From assembly GCA_002633005.1 (NCBI GenBank), contig NMRA01000096.1, positions 310,001-374,000 of the forward strand: a DNA stretch of 64,000 nucleotides. The letters are read 5' to 3'. The position numbers and the translations under genes were made by a program. The DNA comes from Phoronis australis (lineage: Eukaryota > Animalia > Phoronida). Shown one piece after another: positions 38,701-53,023 of the stretch (the stretch's first letter is position 1; every line of letters starts with the position of its first letter). The notes beneath the pieces are model-generated. The model did no database searches, had not been told where the DNA came from, and saw nothing but the letters and a program-made list of their open reading frames with translations.

Positions 38701-40050
38701 CAACAATATCTGAAAATGTACAGTCCAGGTTTCCAGTCAAAAAAGGCCATGCTGGGCCTTAGACATGGCAATAACTTGATCAATAATGACTTTAATTCTA
38801 TGATAATTCAGAAAACAACAAGACAATAAGACGAACAAGAGGAATCCCGCCTTCTACTCAGTAGCATGTTGATAATTGCGATACGTGCATACTTTGCGAC
38901 ACCATTCCCTTCTGTGTATGCAAAGAGCAGGAACCCTACATCACGCCACCCATTAATTAAAAACCCAACACATGATTCTGAAAACACGCAGTGACTGCAA
39001 GTACTCTGACGATTCTGCCAACATGAAGGGGACGGCTTTCCATACCCCAGCATTTTTTCCTTTTCAAAAATATCAACATTTTTGAGTGAGATTACAATTA
39101 AGCTGCATAGGAAAAATCAAGCACAAATTTTTCAAAGGCAGCCTGAAATTTTGTGCGCATGAATGATGAATGGCATGTCCCTCTGACATGTTTGTTTCCT
39201 GATCAGACACAGGCACATGCTAGACAAAGGGTAAATTTTAATCAGACATATAATACATGTAGCCAACATCCACAAAAATGGCACTGTTTTCACAGTAATT
39301 ACCAGAAAATCAATGTGCATTAGTTGAATTACATGTTAATTGCAAAATGTTAAATATGCAGACTGCAAACATGCCTTGATCAATTTTGTTAAAAACGATC
39401 AAAATGTTATTGTACCCAATGCTGCAAAAATATGTCTTTCAAGGCAGTGTTACAAATAACAAACGCCATTTAACAGCTGAACAATAAAAATCACTCTTAC
39501 AGTACAGTAAATGTTCCTGTTGTTAGCTTCTGAAGAAAATTTGACCAATTTTCCACCTCATCACCTGCTGAATTGTAGCCGCTGGTTTTAGATAACTTCT
39601 CTGCATGACAACAGGGCTTTCCCACACTAGACAACAGTCCGTAACTGGAGACAACCACTCTAAAGTTTCTGTGCATTACTGTGATAACCAATTACGATTT
39701 CAACAGGAACCAGACTGATCCACTAAAGCACATGTCCCACAACAACAGCAGTTGTGAAAACAGTCTTCAATCATATTACCACTTAGATTTGATTGATATC
39801 AAAACAAGCAGTTACATTAGTAGGAGATCCTACTAAATAAAAGTTGATCAGCACCGTGATATGAAGTTGAAACGGCAATGAATAATATTGCCAGGTCTTA
39901 GACAGACGCCAATTTCTTGTTGGCAGAAATGTTGGAGAGTGTTCAAAATCCCAAGAGTAACACAACGTGCTGATATGTGCTCACGGTGTATCGCAAACTG
40001 TAGGTTCCTTGGTGCGCTCATGAGCTTCATGTGACGTACAATAAAACAAC

Positions 40051-40293
40051 CAGTTATTCTCCACTTATTTTGCCCAAAAATAATTGCCAAAATTGCAATT
40101 CATTCGATTTTCAAAGACTGATGTTTTACTGCAAATAATCAAAGTTTTACCAAATGTTGTTTTACGATATCTACACAATACAAACCATGCTAGCATTTGA
40201 ATTTTTTTTCTTACTTTCTGTTTTCGAGGAGAAATTTGACAAAATAAAATTTCACTTGCCAGCCATGCTGTCTGCTAATTAAAAGAAGAATTA
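40051..40293. mobile_element. MITE family A copy
   Basis: cagttattctccacttattttgcccaaaaataattgccaaaattg ... tgtctgctaattaaaagaagaatta. Confidence 0.75.
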
Positions 40294-42881
40294 GTGCACC
40301 AATTTAACCACAAGGGGTCACTGCAGTATTCAGACAAAAAAGTGTTGGTACCACTCCATTAAAATCAAATCAAAAAAGTTTCAAAAGAAACAGTGTTCAA
40401 TATTGCTACTTGATGGCACAATAGTACTCAAATTCATCCGAAAATCAACATCAGTCTTGCTTTCCAAGCACTAGAAACATATCTATGCAATTTCACACCG
40501 TGCTTCACCAAACTTTGTAATTACTGAGGTAGGTGCAAAAAAAGCTACGGCTGGAGGAAATGGCGTAGGCGGACTCGTCTAAAAATTAATTTGGTCCAAA
40601 CACTCTTCACTAGAAACACATTTGATAAATTTTAACATAATCCTTCACAGATATTGAGGGTGCAAAACATAAAACAGTCATTAAGGGGCTTAGTGGTATT
40701 TGTCCGCCTGAAAATTGCTTCCGTCAATGGAAACACTAGTGCCAAATTTCATAGCAGAAAAAAAAAGCGGACAACAAAATAAACTGCCACTAGGAGGTGC
40801 ATGAACACAAAGGAGCAGTCTGAAAATTGTCACGAGACATCTCTTCATGATACAAAATATCTGCCAAGTAAAATTGCCAGCAAGGGGCTCAGAAGCAGTT
40901 GGATCCTTTCAATCGTGGGGGGATATAGAGACAAATCTACCAAATTACATAAAGACCCTTCAAGCAGTTTGGTAGATATGGGGGTGGACGCTGGATGCCC
41001 AGAGACGACGGCAATATGCAGATGTGCAGGCGCATAAACATGGGACCTCTTTAATCCGTACTTCACAAAACCGGGCTTGCACGATCAATACAAATTTAGA
41101 ATAATAAGGACCTCGTGGTTACATGAACGTCAATATCTGAACTTTCTTGGGCAAATCATAACGAATATCCCAAAATCAAACCATAGAAATACCCCTTCCC
41201 TGCCGCTACACAGTGGAAAGAAAATGAATTCCCAGGAGGTTTCTGTCAAAACAAGATATACATAATTATCAATAAAATCATGAAATGCTGGCAATACTGG
41301 ATATATATAAGAAATACAGGAGATTCTACTCTACAACTTGTAGACAGCCGAGTTATCTCATGAGAGAGTTGGCATACATGTAAGATAAGATGATGACGCA
41401 TCACACCTCAGATCAATGAGTATATTATTGATCAGAGATTACGAACGTATTAATTAAGTTTTGAAATTTTTCCCAAGAGGTTGCGTCACTTCACTTAGTT
41501 CTCCGTTTGAAAATCAATGAAAAACACTTACGTGAACTTCAAATGAGCGCAAATGTAGGCAAATTCTTCACAGTACTATTGCAGGCATCATCACAGTGCT
41601 GGCAAGTTCCATGCTAGCAGTCCACTTGAGACCAGGTCTACAAAATGTGAAGGATTCCAGAATGAATGCCCCAGTCCTGCAGTGAGAGGCACATCAGACC
41701 AGAACAAAGGCAATACAATGCACAGGCTCCCATTGGCATTTCCCTGGAATTATGATGTTGTGCACAGCTGTCATAAATAACTGAAGCCTGATGACTATTT
41801 CAGATGTCAAAGGTTGGCTGATAAGGACAATACTTGTTTTGACACAGATGGAGTACAATCAAACAGGCCAACAGGGATTCTGTAATGCTCCCCTGACAAA
41901 GTGTTTTACCACTGCTACATCAAAACCAACTCCAGATGTATCACCTTTAATGCCTGGGAAAGAACAGACCAGACTGGAGTGAATCAATGTTAAAACTTGC
42001 AGTCCAATCATCAAATCAAACAGGCCAATGAGCCAAAGGCTAAATGAAATCCCCACTGACCAAGAAGCAACAACATAAATCAAATGACCATAACTAACAC
42101 AGCTATTTGCTGTTTCAATTGACTGGACTCCAGCATTGATTATATAAGAAGGTCCAATACACAACAGCTGTAATGACCAGTATGTTTATTGATTGTGAAC
42201 AAGACAGGCTTTCAAACTTCCTGCAATTTTGGTGTCACATAAAAAGACTCAACCCTGGCCAAGAGCAAACTTCCCGTCTATAACACTTGTACACTCTCAT
42301 CAAAAGTGTCGCTGCGACGCGCCACAGTTCAACAGACAATAACCCCGCCAAGAACAAAGAAAATTAAAAGAACTCCTCAGATGGTACATACAACTATAAA
42401 GTGAAATTTCACCAATTTGAGACAAAATTCAATTCCTAAAATTGCCGTTGTTTGATTTTCAAGCATTGTCATGATTGGCCACCATTTCCAATGGCAGATG
42501 GTAGCTATGGTAACAGAACTTAAACATGGAAAACCATTAGTTTGGTGGTACATGCCACCGTGGAAAAAATGAGAAAATTTCACATGCTGACCATAATGTG
42601 TCCTAAATTGGTGAGATTCCACCGTAGTTAAATTAGTCTAAATTCATTAACTAATAACATGAACCACGTGTTGTGTGTGGGTGTTAGTTTTGAAAGAAAT
42701 GGCGTGGTACTGTCTCTTCTGGAGTAAATACCCCAGAACCTGTTCACAGATATCATGCACAAAACTGGTACATGACATTAAATTTGCTTCAGGCTAAAAA
42801 AGTTCATCTGTCTAAACGATTACCCAAAAATATACAGGAACCAGATTATCTTGTTAAGTGTAACAGAAAGTTATGATTGTC

Positions 42882-43134
42882 GTATATGGTAATTCACCAC
42901 TTATTTTGCACAAATATAATTACCGAAGTGGTGATTATTCCATTTCTCAATGGCCAATTATTTTTTTTCTAAATAATGTGAACTTTAACAAATGTCGTTT
43001 TATAACACCTACACACTTTATATCATGTTTGTGACTCAACTAAAATGTCCTCAATCTTTGCTTCTGTGGAGAAGTTTAACAAAATAGAATTTCACTTGTT
43101 GACCATATTGTGTGCTAAATAAGTGAGGACTTAC
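42882..43134. mobile_element. MITE family A copy
   Basis: ggtaattcaccacttattttgcaca ... tgtgctaaataagtgaggacttacc. Confidence 0.8.
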
Positions 43135-44154
43135 CAATTTACCATAGTTACTTACTGCAAACAACGAAAATAGAAAACCATGAAGGTATAATGGTAAAGA
43201 TGACCAAAAGTAAATAATAAGTTAATCAATTGCTATGCACATATAAAATATTGACTAGCTAGGCAGAGCATACAATAGTTAATCCCCTTGTTAAAAAATA
43301 TGTCTCAAAATACCAGACAACAAAGAAAAGCACAAACAATGAACCAAACCAATACCAGCCACCTGTATGCAAATATGCACCTATTTCAGTCAAAATGCAC
43401 TCTTTCAGGAAATGGTTTTCGGTCAAGTTACTTTTCAAATCTTGACAAACTTGTTTTACAAGAACCGCAAAGGAGCGTATTTAGGCTAACGCAGATGAAA
43501 CTTCACTTCAGCGAATGAACTCAAAATTTGTTACTGCCTCTTTGAACCAATGCATTAGATATATGAAGGTACCTATGGCCTATATACCGTACATGCATAT
43601 ATGGTACACGTACCACTACATGATTACATTGTCTTACTTGAAACAAGCAAATGCTGCTCTGAGACTGCTGAATAACACTGATCAGTTGAAACTTCAGAGG
43701 CTTACTGGTACAGTATAGAATTACACTACTCGCACATACATGTAATACTGAAGACATGTTATAATAAGCATGTTATCAACTGTACACACAGAGTTGAAGT
43801 TCAAAAATCTCATTTCTCTTATCTCCTTTTCCACTCAGACGTGATAAGCTGTTGCCAGGATAGAAAAATGACAGCCCAATTAAATTGATGATATGAAACT
43901 TCCCGTAATTTGCAATGTTGTTTGTCAGCGCAAATTGGTTTTCACTGAAAGCTTTTAGGTAAAAGTAACACGGAGGAGAGACAAAACCACACAGCAAAAC
44001 TGAATTTTCACTTTTATTTTCGTGACAACAAACTTACAAGATTCCAACAGTAACCACAAAAGATATAGAAATTAAATTTTAAAAACAAGGATGGACTAAA
44101 ACCTGAACTGACCTGGCGTCTGCCAGTACAGCATGATAAAGTATTAAGCAGAGT

Positions 44155-44403
44155 GGTAATTTTCCACTTATTTCGCACAAAAAAATAATTGATAAAATTG
44201 CTATTTCCCATTTTCTAAGGCTGATTACCTAAGTCCGCGCACTAGGAGCTTTAGCAAATGTTGTTTTATAACATCTACACCGAACATACCAAGCTATCAA
44301 AAGATTGAAATTTCCTTAAGCTTTGTTTTCGCGGAAAATTTTGACAAAATATATTTTCACTCGTCTGCTATATTGTGCGCTACATAGGTGAAGAAATACC
44401 GTA
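44155..44403. mobile_element. MITE family A copy
   Basis: ggtaattttccacttatttcgcaca ... tgcgctacataggtgaagaaataccgta. Confidence 0.8.
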
Positions 44404-45105
44404 TGTCTGTGCACATGTGTACAGATTTTGCAAGTGCTGCACACAGATGATGAATTAACATTTTTATACGAGTCCACAGAAAGGGGTACTACGGTAGACT
44501 ATAATTTTGACAGGGAGAGGTGAGCAGCTAGAAAGTTAGGATACCCACCCGTTTAGAGAGTAGATTTGGTAAGGACTGTGGAGCTCCCCCAAATAAGTCA
44601 TCCTTTCTTAAATTTATTGGAGAAAAAAATAACTCTGAAGTTTTGACATGTGTGTCACTTTGGACATCATTTTTGATAAGTTGTATGACCAGATTTGCCC
44701 CAGCTTTCCAGTATACAACTATTTCTGAACAGTTTTTCTTAAATCCCAAGAAATTTTGGAAGGTGGGTCCACCAGACACCAGATTTCGGAAGAGTATGGA
44801 AAACACCGTGTCAATTCCACAAACCCAAACCTTTCAAAGGCATTCTTGGACAATGGATTCCACACATTTAGCTGGAAAAGTACAAGACCCCATGTTACAA
44901 ACAACATTTCACCAACCGAAACACTTCCAAAAAGAAACCTTGTAGAGTTTTGAACTCCCAACTTGAACTCCTTTGTAAGGAATCAAATCGGAAAGGCACC
45001 ATTTAGTAAGAAAGGCACCCTTTCACAAAGAACCTAGTTACAAAAAAGTCACCCATCTGAGCGCCATGCCATGTACAACAGCAGCAATTAAGAGGCATGA
45101 CAATA

Positions 45106-45264
45106 CAGTGGCGGATTTAAGGAGGGGGGGCCATGGCCCCCCTAACATTCTCCTCCCAGATTCCATTTGGCAGTACAGGGGTACGAATGTCTGACGGGCA
45201 AAATCCTGGCTAGTCTAACACTCTGCCCTGGCCCCCCCAACTCAAAATTCTGGATCCGCCCCTG
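45106..45264. mobile_element. Short GC-rich MITE (CAGTGGCGGAT...ATCCGCCCCTG)
   Basis: 11-bp inverted termini with one mismatch; internal G/C runs. Confidence 0.75.
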
Positions 45265-47899
45265 GGATAGCACAAAATTCACAAAAAAACGTGAAAAATA
45301 ACATACTACATTAAATGCTTTTAAGAATGCAGAAGGCAGACCACCCTGTCGCCATATAGGCATAAAGAGTATTTCATTATTAGAAAGTACCTATTAAGTG
45401 TCATCTTTTATGAGTTATGTGCCTAATAATGTAAACAGTGCCTACATAAAACTTTAAAGTAAATATGCAATAGGGTTGTAGGTCAAGAGAAGGCAGAATA
45501 CTCTCTCATCCACTTACAAATTTCCTGGAATGGGTATTAGGATGTGACAGTGTAACAACATTTTGTACAATACCATGATCAACAAAGTTTCAATCGGAGA
45601 AGATGGCAGAGCTGTTGAATTTTGGAGGACGCAGGAACGTGAGATTTTCTTGCATAAAATACCTAATAAAGATCAGTTAGTAAAAAACTTTACTTGGTTG
45701 TTACCACTTTGCAACGGTCAATTTTGAGTATTTGCAGCAATTTGTAAATCATTGAAAATCAAAACATGATGAATCTAGTACATGGGTGAATTAGCTTTAG
45801 TTTGTGACTGAAGAACTTTTCGCATGCATCTCAACCAATAGTCTGGTACTCAAATGGAGCTACAATAACATTCTCCAGTATTCTCACTTTGCCAACATTC
45901 CAAAACGAAAAAGCAAGACATCTGGATCTAAGATGTTACGAGCACGAAGAAATCCCCATAACCTCCAGAAACACCACGTCGACGAGGTTACTGTGAAGTG
46001 TGAAAAAGTGCAAACAATGGCGTGAGTGTGTAACTATCATCGCATATGACAATAAGCAAGACATTCCGAAACCTTTCACACGTTTTTGCTACTAGGGAAA
46101 GTGGTAGCGGAAACACTAGCATTTTAGCCAGTGAATAGGGCACATGACTATCAGTAAAATGTAAAGGAATAAGTTACAATTACAATAACTTAACACATTC
46201 TTGCCCATTTTTGAGGGCAATGAAAAACCAAAAATACACTATACTGTATATCAAACCACAATGAATATCATAATCTCAAACAAATGCATACATCAACAGG
46301 GAAAAGATATCTATATTGATCCAACCTATAACACAACTAGTCACACACACATGTACACCTCAGCAGTAACCAGATATTTGTTGATTCAATTGAAACAAAC
46401 CCTATCATAAATCTGAGCCAAGGAACATACCAACAGAATCCTTCAACTTATCCAAGTTCATGTAGCGAGATTCAACTCACAACACGTATTTACCAGAGCT
46501 TGTGACTGACACAAGCTGAGGAGGATATCCAGAAAACAGCCATGACCAATATATTGTAAACATACATACACACATACACACTTGAGCCCTGTCATTTGAA
46601 TAGAGCGCTTTCATGTCATTGTATATTTAAACACTCCTGCTAGGTAAATTCTGAGTAAATACCCACCTACACTTCCAAGTAGTACTGGGGGTAGTACACT
46701 GTTAAACCACAGGACACCCAATGACTGTCTACAGTGGAAATGGTCTGGATCTGAATACTAAGAAAGGTGTACTTGGTGAAGTCCGGATTCGGATTCGTAC
46801 TGTCCAGCAATACAGTTCAACAACCCCTTTTGTGAAAGAGGTGGTGCCTTTCAAAAAGCCCAACGACAACAAATTGACCTTCACAAAACTTACCCATGTA
46901 TTCACCTCTAACACAATAAACTTATACAAGAGCTGGTGAGCTAGCCAACTGCCATGAAGCAATAATGACTGATTGCCATGTCACTTCGGTCATCATTAAC
47001 CAGGCACTTATTGATTATGCTTCAACTCTAGCCAACCTATGGAGCCGTGACTCAAGACTTGGAAAGCAAACAACTTATAAAGTCACAATGCAGTTGTTAA
47101 TCACAGAAACAATTGACCAACGCTTTTTGAAAATTGTCACCGAGTCAATTAGTGCAGTCAAACTGACAGCAACCCTAGAGCCATTGATTCATTGAAAGGC
47201 CAGCTCTCAAGCAAGTATTTGAAAGCTATGTGCAAGGTATCACATTCCATATTACAGTAATTGTTCCATTATTTTGCACAAAAATAACTGCTTTGACTAT
47301 TGATGATTATCCTGCTGAAAATTAAGGAAACTTTACCAAATCAAGCTCATAGAAACCAAGCGAAAATTTTTTCTAAAATTTCACAACTTTTACTTTTGAT
47401 GAAATAAGTCAAGTTTGCGACACTGAACTTTCCCATTCAAGAAGCAACCAATGAACTCCATTCAGTACCTGATATTATCATTTGCAAATAAGAACGCCAA
47501 CTCGCTTTATAAAAAAACAAAACAAAGGGTTCCACCCAAAAATGTGAACTAAAACAGTGGTTTTCAAAGATGCCACTGCACGGGGCTTTACGCTGGAGTG
47601 AAATGTTTGGAGTCCTTGTGACTGCAAATAGGTTCAGAAAACCATGAATAAATAGAATAAATAGCTGGTCAGGAGAGCACTAATGTCAACCATACCTTAC
47701 ATAATTCAGTGATGGGCAAAGAGAAATTATTGAAATGAAATGCTAAGTGCTTTGAGGAGCTACACTTGGCGAAATCAAATAAATATTTAAAGGTGAGGTG
47801 CTCATGAAACCAAGAACATCAACAACCGCACTGCCTATTACACAATGTGCAGTAATTGTTAAACCATTACATGTGTATTGAGGAACTCCAGAATAAAAA

Positions 47900-48620
47900 A
47901 GTCATCAAATGAGAAAACCTCAAATAACTAAAAAACTTGAGTTGTGGCGAGAAACATGTCACGCATTACAGATAGCCTGTGCTGAGATCTATTCACATAC
48001 CTAATTTGAAGGTTAGGCCAAAGGATTTCTAACTCCACAACATAATACAAAAAATGACGGTCACAGCGCCATCTTGCGTCCGGTTTTGCCCCAAAACAAA
48101 AGTCCTCGACCAATTGACTATATAACCACTGTATGTAAATTTCATACCGATCAGATGAGAATGCGATCTCTAGCATTCATATGATAGCCAACAAAGCGCA
48201 GATAGAAATAAGTCAATAAAAGAACGGTCATCAAAGCAGTAAATATTGAGTATTTCAAGAACGGTATGTCGTAGCCAGAAACGGATTTCAAAATGTTGAC
48301 ATCGCTTAAACAATCTATCCACATATCAAACTTCATACAGATCCATCAAGGGATGCCGAAAAAAGGGAACAAAATTAGAGAACAGTAATTGACTCAACTC
48401 GACAACGAAGAGTCCTAGAGAAAAACAAATGACACATTTCCGATACCCTGTGAAATGATCTACCCACAAAAAAATCAGACTATCTCTCTAGGAACAGCGG
48501 AACTACTGTTCCGCAAACCAAAATAGTGAAAATGGTCGCCACAACGCGATTTTAACCAAAAACATTAGGCTTTGAACCATTCACGAGACGCAATAAATTG
48601 CATGCTAATAGAATATGAAA
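47900..48620. repeat. Dispersed repeat family B copy
   Basis: aaaaatgacggtcacagcgccatcttg at 48051 and aaaatggtcgccacaacgcg near 48529. Boundaries are approximate. Confidence 0.55.
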
Positions 48621-50641
48621 TGGGAGCCGTAGTGTGTAACAAAGACACAGAAAAACAAGACAAATTTCATGACAAGCACCAGACCTGGAGACATTTCATG
48701 TCACCAATTAATAAGGATTCAATTCCATGACATTTCAGGAAAATCCCTATCTAATGTGCATTGATTGGTGGCTGACCCCAGATGCACTTTCAAATTTCTA
48801 GTAATTCAACAATCATGAGACAAAACAACTCTAGATCGAAAATTGAATGTACCCACAAGGGTTTTGCATCGTGGTTTGGTGTTTTATTACTGCAAAATGG
48901 CTGAGCGACGTTTTCAATAAATGCCAAGTGTGAAGTATATGACTAATGGGCTAATTTTCTTATTTTCCTGTTCAATGCAACATAAAAGAACTGAAGGTCA
49001 GCTTATTGAATTTAACTTGTTGAGTCAATCTAAATTGATACAAAATATATTGTTTTTTGGTGGCATGCTCCTTTGAAACTGATTCTAGGAAAATGAGGTC
49101 AGTGAAAAGTCCTCGCTGAATAGATATATGATTTAAATTCTCTGTACAGTTATAAAAGTTGGGACCCAATGAAATGATACATGTGTATACTACTGCAAAG
49201 TGGCAATCTTTATGGTGGATTGGTGAATGGTACATAGCCAAAAACAAAGTCAAGAGTCAATAAAATGTCAATAAACGCGACATGCTGTTGCTGGACTTGA
49301 GTTGTCACTGTGGTAACATTTAACTTTGAGACTACCCAGGAAATTAGAAAATAGTCGCTCTAAAGTATCATGTATCACATTATCCAAAGATACCCTTGTG
49401 AACTGTATTCCAACTCTGTGTTACTTGTACATATACTTTGATGATCTCCCAATACTTTAATTTATTCTTGTTATTGCTCATACTTATTTATTTTATAATT
49501 ATGATCCATCTTGCCCATCATTATTTACAGTGTGTTTATTGTGCTGTTATGCGAGAAAAAACTCGTTCTAGTGGTCAATGTAAAAATATTTGCTTTGCAT
49601 TCGGCCACTTACACAATTTGTTCAACTTGTGCATTATCGATAACAAGTGTTTCCTAACTGTGGAAAGAAATGAAAAAATATTGCTGGAAAAAAGTGCAAT
49701 AAGCCGCATGAAGTACTTAACGCTGTGTGAGGATGCAGTTATTAAAAAAAGTTAAAAAATACATGTCTGTGCATGGAATTTCAAAAAATTCATGAGTGGA
49801 GTGCAAATTTATTTAGCAGCAAAATAACCATCAGTGATCAATCATTGGGATCTGAGAAATTTTTGGCCACATTAAAAATAATAATAAAAGAAAAGAATGT
49901 ATTTCATGCCAGATTTTATTCTGTGCACAGCAACACAATCTGTCAGGCACTTTAGACTTAAAAGTTGGTGAAATGAAACCTATACTCATTTGAAAACATT
50001 TGAAAGTCACATGCTATATCAATAATTTTTTTAAATTATAAAATCAAGCCTAAAGTGACAAGTCCAGTAGTACAAAGCAGTTATAAGGTTCTGAGTAACT
50101 AAAATGTCATAATTTAAGCAATTTCAGAGCACAAAATAAAAAAAATTAAAAGATGCATGGAAAAATAAAAAAATAATTAAAAAAAATTGTAACACTGATG
50201 TTTCATGTTAACTATTTATATAAGAAGAGTCTTGGTCATGTTCTTGTTAATACCAATGTCTTGCCAGAATTTCACCGAAAGAATTAAATTCATGGTCTTG
50301 TGAACCAATCAATGACAATGGCAGGTCGCTAGCTAGCCTCCTTCAGTCTTCATTCAGCTGTCTGGCTTATTATAATTATGACAAAATTATGTGCAAACTA
50401 AATTGTGGCCTTTTTGTTTTCAGAAACAAATACAAACACATTATTTATATTCAATGAGTTTGTAGACATTTTTGAAAATGAATATACTTGTCAATTACAT
50501 TATTCTTTAGCTTCTACTCAAAAGTGTAAAATTAAGAAAATGAAACGATGGCAGTGCTTAAGTTTGTTTACTAAGGAAGCGACCACCTATTGAGCACACA
50601 AAGAACTACTACAAGACAAATAGTTTCAAACTCAAACTTAC

Positions 50642-51500
50642 CCTATTCCCCTTAGAAAATTCACCCATAAACGACAAATTTACGAAAAACATGTGATTAC
50701 AATGTCTTACTACAACGACTGAGAATAAACAAAACATTTAGCTCCACCATGAAGCTTCAAGCATAAAAAGATGACCCGGCTTCTCATCAGTCTGCTTTCC
50801 CGCACATGAAGGTCAAGGTGCCGCCATTTGCAAAATTTACCCATGTACACATCCGCACATGGATGCTTCTAAAACATGTAGAGAAAAAAAACGACAAAAG
50901 AAAGATAAATTTTGAGAAAAAATAGTATATTAACTAATTAAATAATACTATCTTTACACAATAACCTTTGAGGTGGAGTGAAAAGTATAAAAGCTTCGGA
51001 ACTATTGTGCGTATGAATACAAAATTCTGTAATTTTCCGTCTGAAACAACTGCCTGCGAAATCCGCGATTAGAGCCTACCACCCTCTAGGAACAAAAACA
51101 TCGCCTCACGTGTGATCTTTCTCCAGTCATTCATCCAGGTTGTGTACTTACGTAACTTGCCTTCATAGAAACATTTAAAACTGGTGTGATGCATCGTCTA
51201 ATTTATCGTGTATGCATATGTGACTCAGTTGTGGAGTTTCCTTGGCTAACTTGCCTTTGCGTCGGGAGCGAGGCATTTTGCCTTGTNAAAAAGTTGATTT
51301 CACGATTTTGGGAACTGAAATAGGGACTGCTCGAAGAAAAAGTTTGATAATAGGAGTATTTGTTCGAGTTGGAAGGAATTAAACACGTCGACAACCTCCT
51401 CAGGTGTTCCTCTATGCGCAAAAGGTATTTATTACAACGTGACTTTGATGGTTTAGTCGGTGCGAGGCATAATTCGCCGAAAAGCTTCCGGCGTACAGAG
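50642..51500. promoter_or_regulatory. Candidate bidirectional promoter region with non-coding first exons of the PEAK-like (-) and HMG20-like (+) genes
   Basis: YY1-type GCCGCCATTTG at 50820-50830, E2F-like TTTCCCGC near 50796, a minus-strand donor G|gtaagt at 50641, CpG-richer DNA at 51040-51500 and a possible plus-strand donor AAG|gtattt near 51425. Confidence 0.6.
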
Positions 51501-52916
51501 CGCCTATAGCCTCTACATCGCCTCTGCTTCGGGCCAACTGAGGCGATGGTCATTGCCTATGGTCATGGACACTGCCTCTGCCTGGGCACTGCCAGTGCCA
51601 GTGGCAGTGGCTTGCCTTGGGACACAGCAACACAGGAAAGCCGCTCCTGCGATACTATAATATATTATAGTACATAGTGGCAAGCGTCTGATGAGAATAC
51701 CTGTGCATTGGGAGGCAGATGGAGTCTTCGATCTTGTAATCAGAATGTTTTCCATATACCGTCATTCATTTTATCAACGAAATTTAAGATATATTCACTC
51801 TTATGTATTAGTTTGTCGGAGTTTCTGGTTCAAAATATGTTATCATTTGGTTTGTTCTATGTTGTATAGAACTCCTTGCTAAACAATGTGCTCGTGGTCA
51901 AATGGAATCCTACAGAAAGTTAAGGGGAGGACACACATCTTCCAGCCATATCAAAAGGCGCAGACGGGGGACCTGTGAGGGTTCGGTAGCAAGTTCTCTG
52001 AGCGCTACTTTTTTGGGGCATGGATATTATTAGGAGTGGACTGTGACTTGAACTAATATCTGTTATTGTTCAAAAAAGTGACCCTTAGTTGGAGTCACTT
52101 TTTCACAATGTTCACACTGAATTTACGTAGACGCCTTTGAAAAGTAACTCCGGGTCATTACAAAAACTTGTCTCCACACAAGCACGGTTTCCAAACCGAG
52201 GTTAAATTCAGATATCAATCACTGGCACCTTTAGTCAGCCCTCAACTATACACTAATTATAGTCCATTGTTGAGCATTCTTGCCTTCTTTGTGCGGCATT
52301 ACGACTTGCAGATCAATTACCTACCACACTTCAAATAGTTGCTAAAACTGAGTGACCTGTTTTCATTAATGAGTACCAGAGAAAGGTACCTTAACTCATT
52401 TAATTTGGCTCATTTTTTTGTATTTCTTGAGTGCCTCCACCGCTGGTCCACTCCCAAGCCCTAAGGTTATGTCGCCTTATTACAGGATTACTAGTGTCAC
52501 AGATTTGGCTTCTACTGCACACGCGTCATTTACTTAGTAGTAAGTTTAGAGCACCTTACGTCAACTTCTATTAGAAACCAGCTTCTACTAAAAAAAACTG
52601 GTAGTTACTGTAGTTATTTTTCCAATTATGCATATCACACTGCACTGCAAACTTGTTTTACTTGTGTGAAAGTACCTGATTTCAGAAATAAATCTTTAAT
52701 TCCCTTGGGTACATAGTATCGGGTAAAAATTTTTGTTTTGGATTGTGCCATATTGTTGAATCAACTGGCCAGTTTGATTGGTCAGCATCCATGGATTTGC
52801 TTAAAGCTGAGCTTACAGGTATATAGGCATGTTGGTGGATACCGCAACTCTGCGCACTAGATATCTGTAAACTGTAGCCTTAACGATCTGCATATATTGG
52901 TTGTAGTTGGTCTACC

Positions 52917-53023
52917 ATGGACATTCCTTCCAACCCAGACATGATGGCTGGATATCAGTTTGAGCAGATACAGCAAGAGGAAGAGGCTTCCAAGGAGAAG
53001 ATTAAACTAGATGTCAACACAAC
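52917..53023 (+). CDS. HMG20A: HMG20-like coding exon 1 ([23 protein letters not shown]...)
   Basis: ttgtag|ttggtctaccATGG (good Kozak context); donor AC|gtaagt. Confidence 0.75.
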
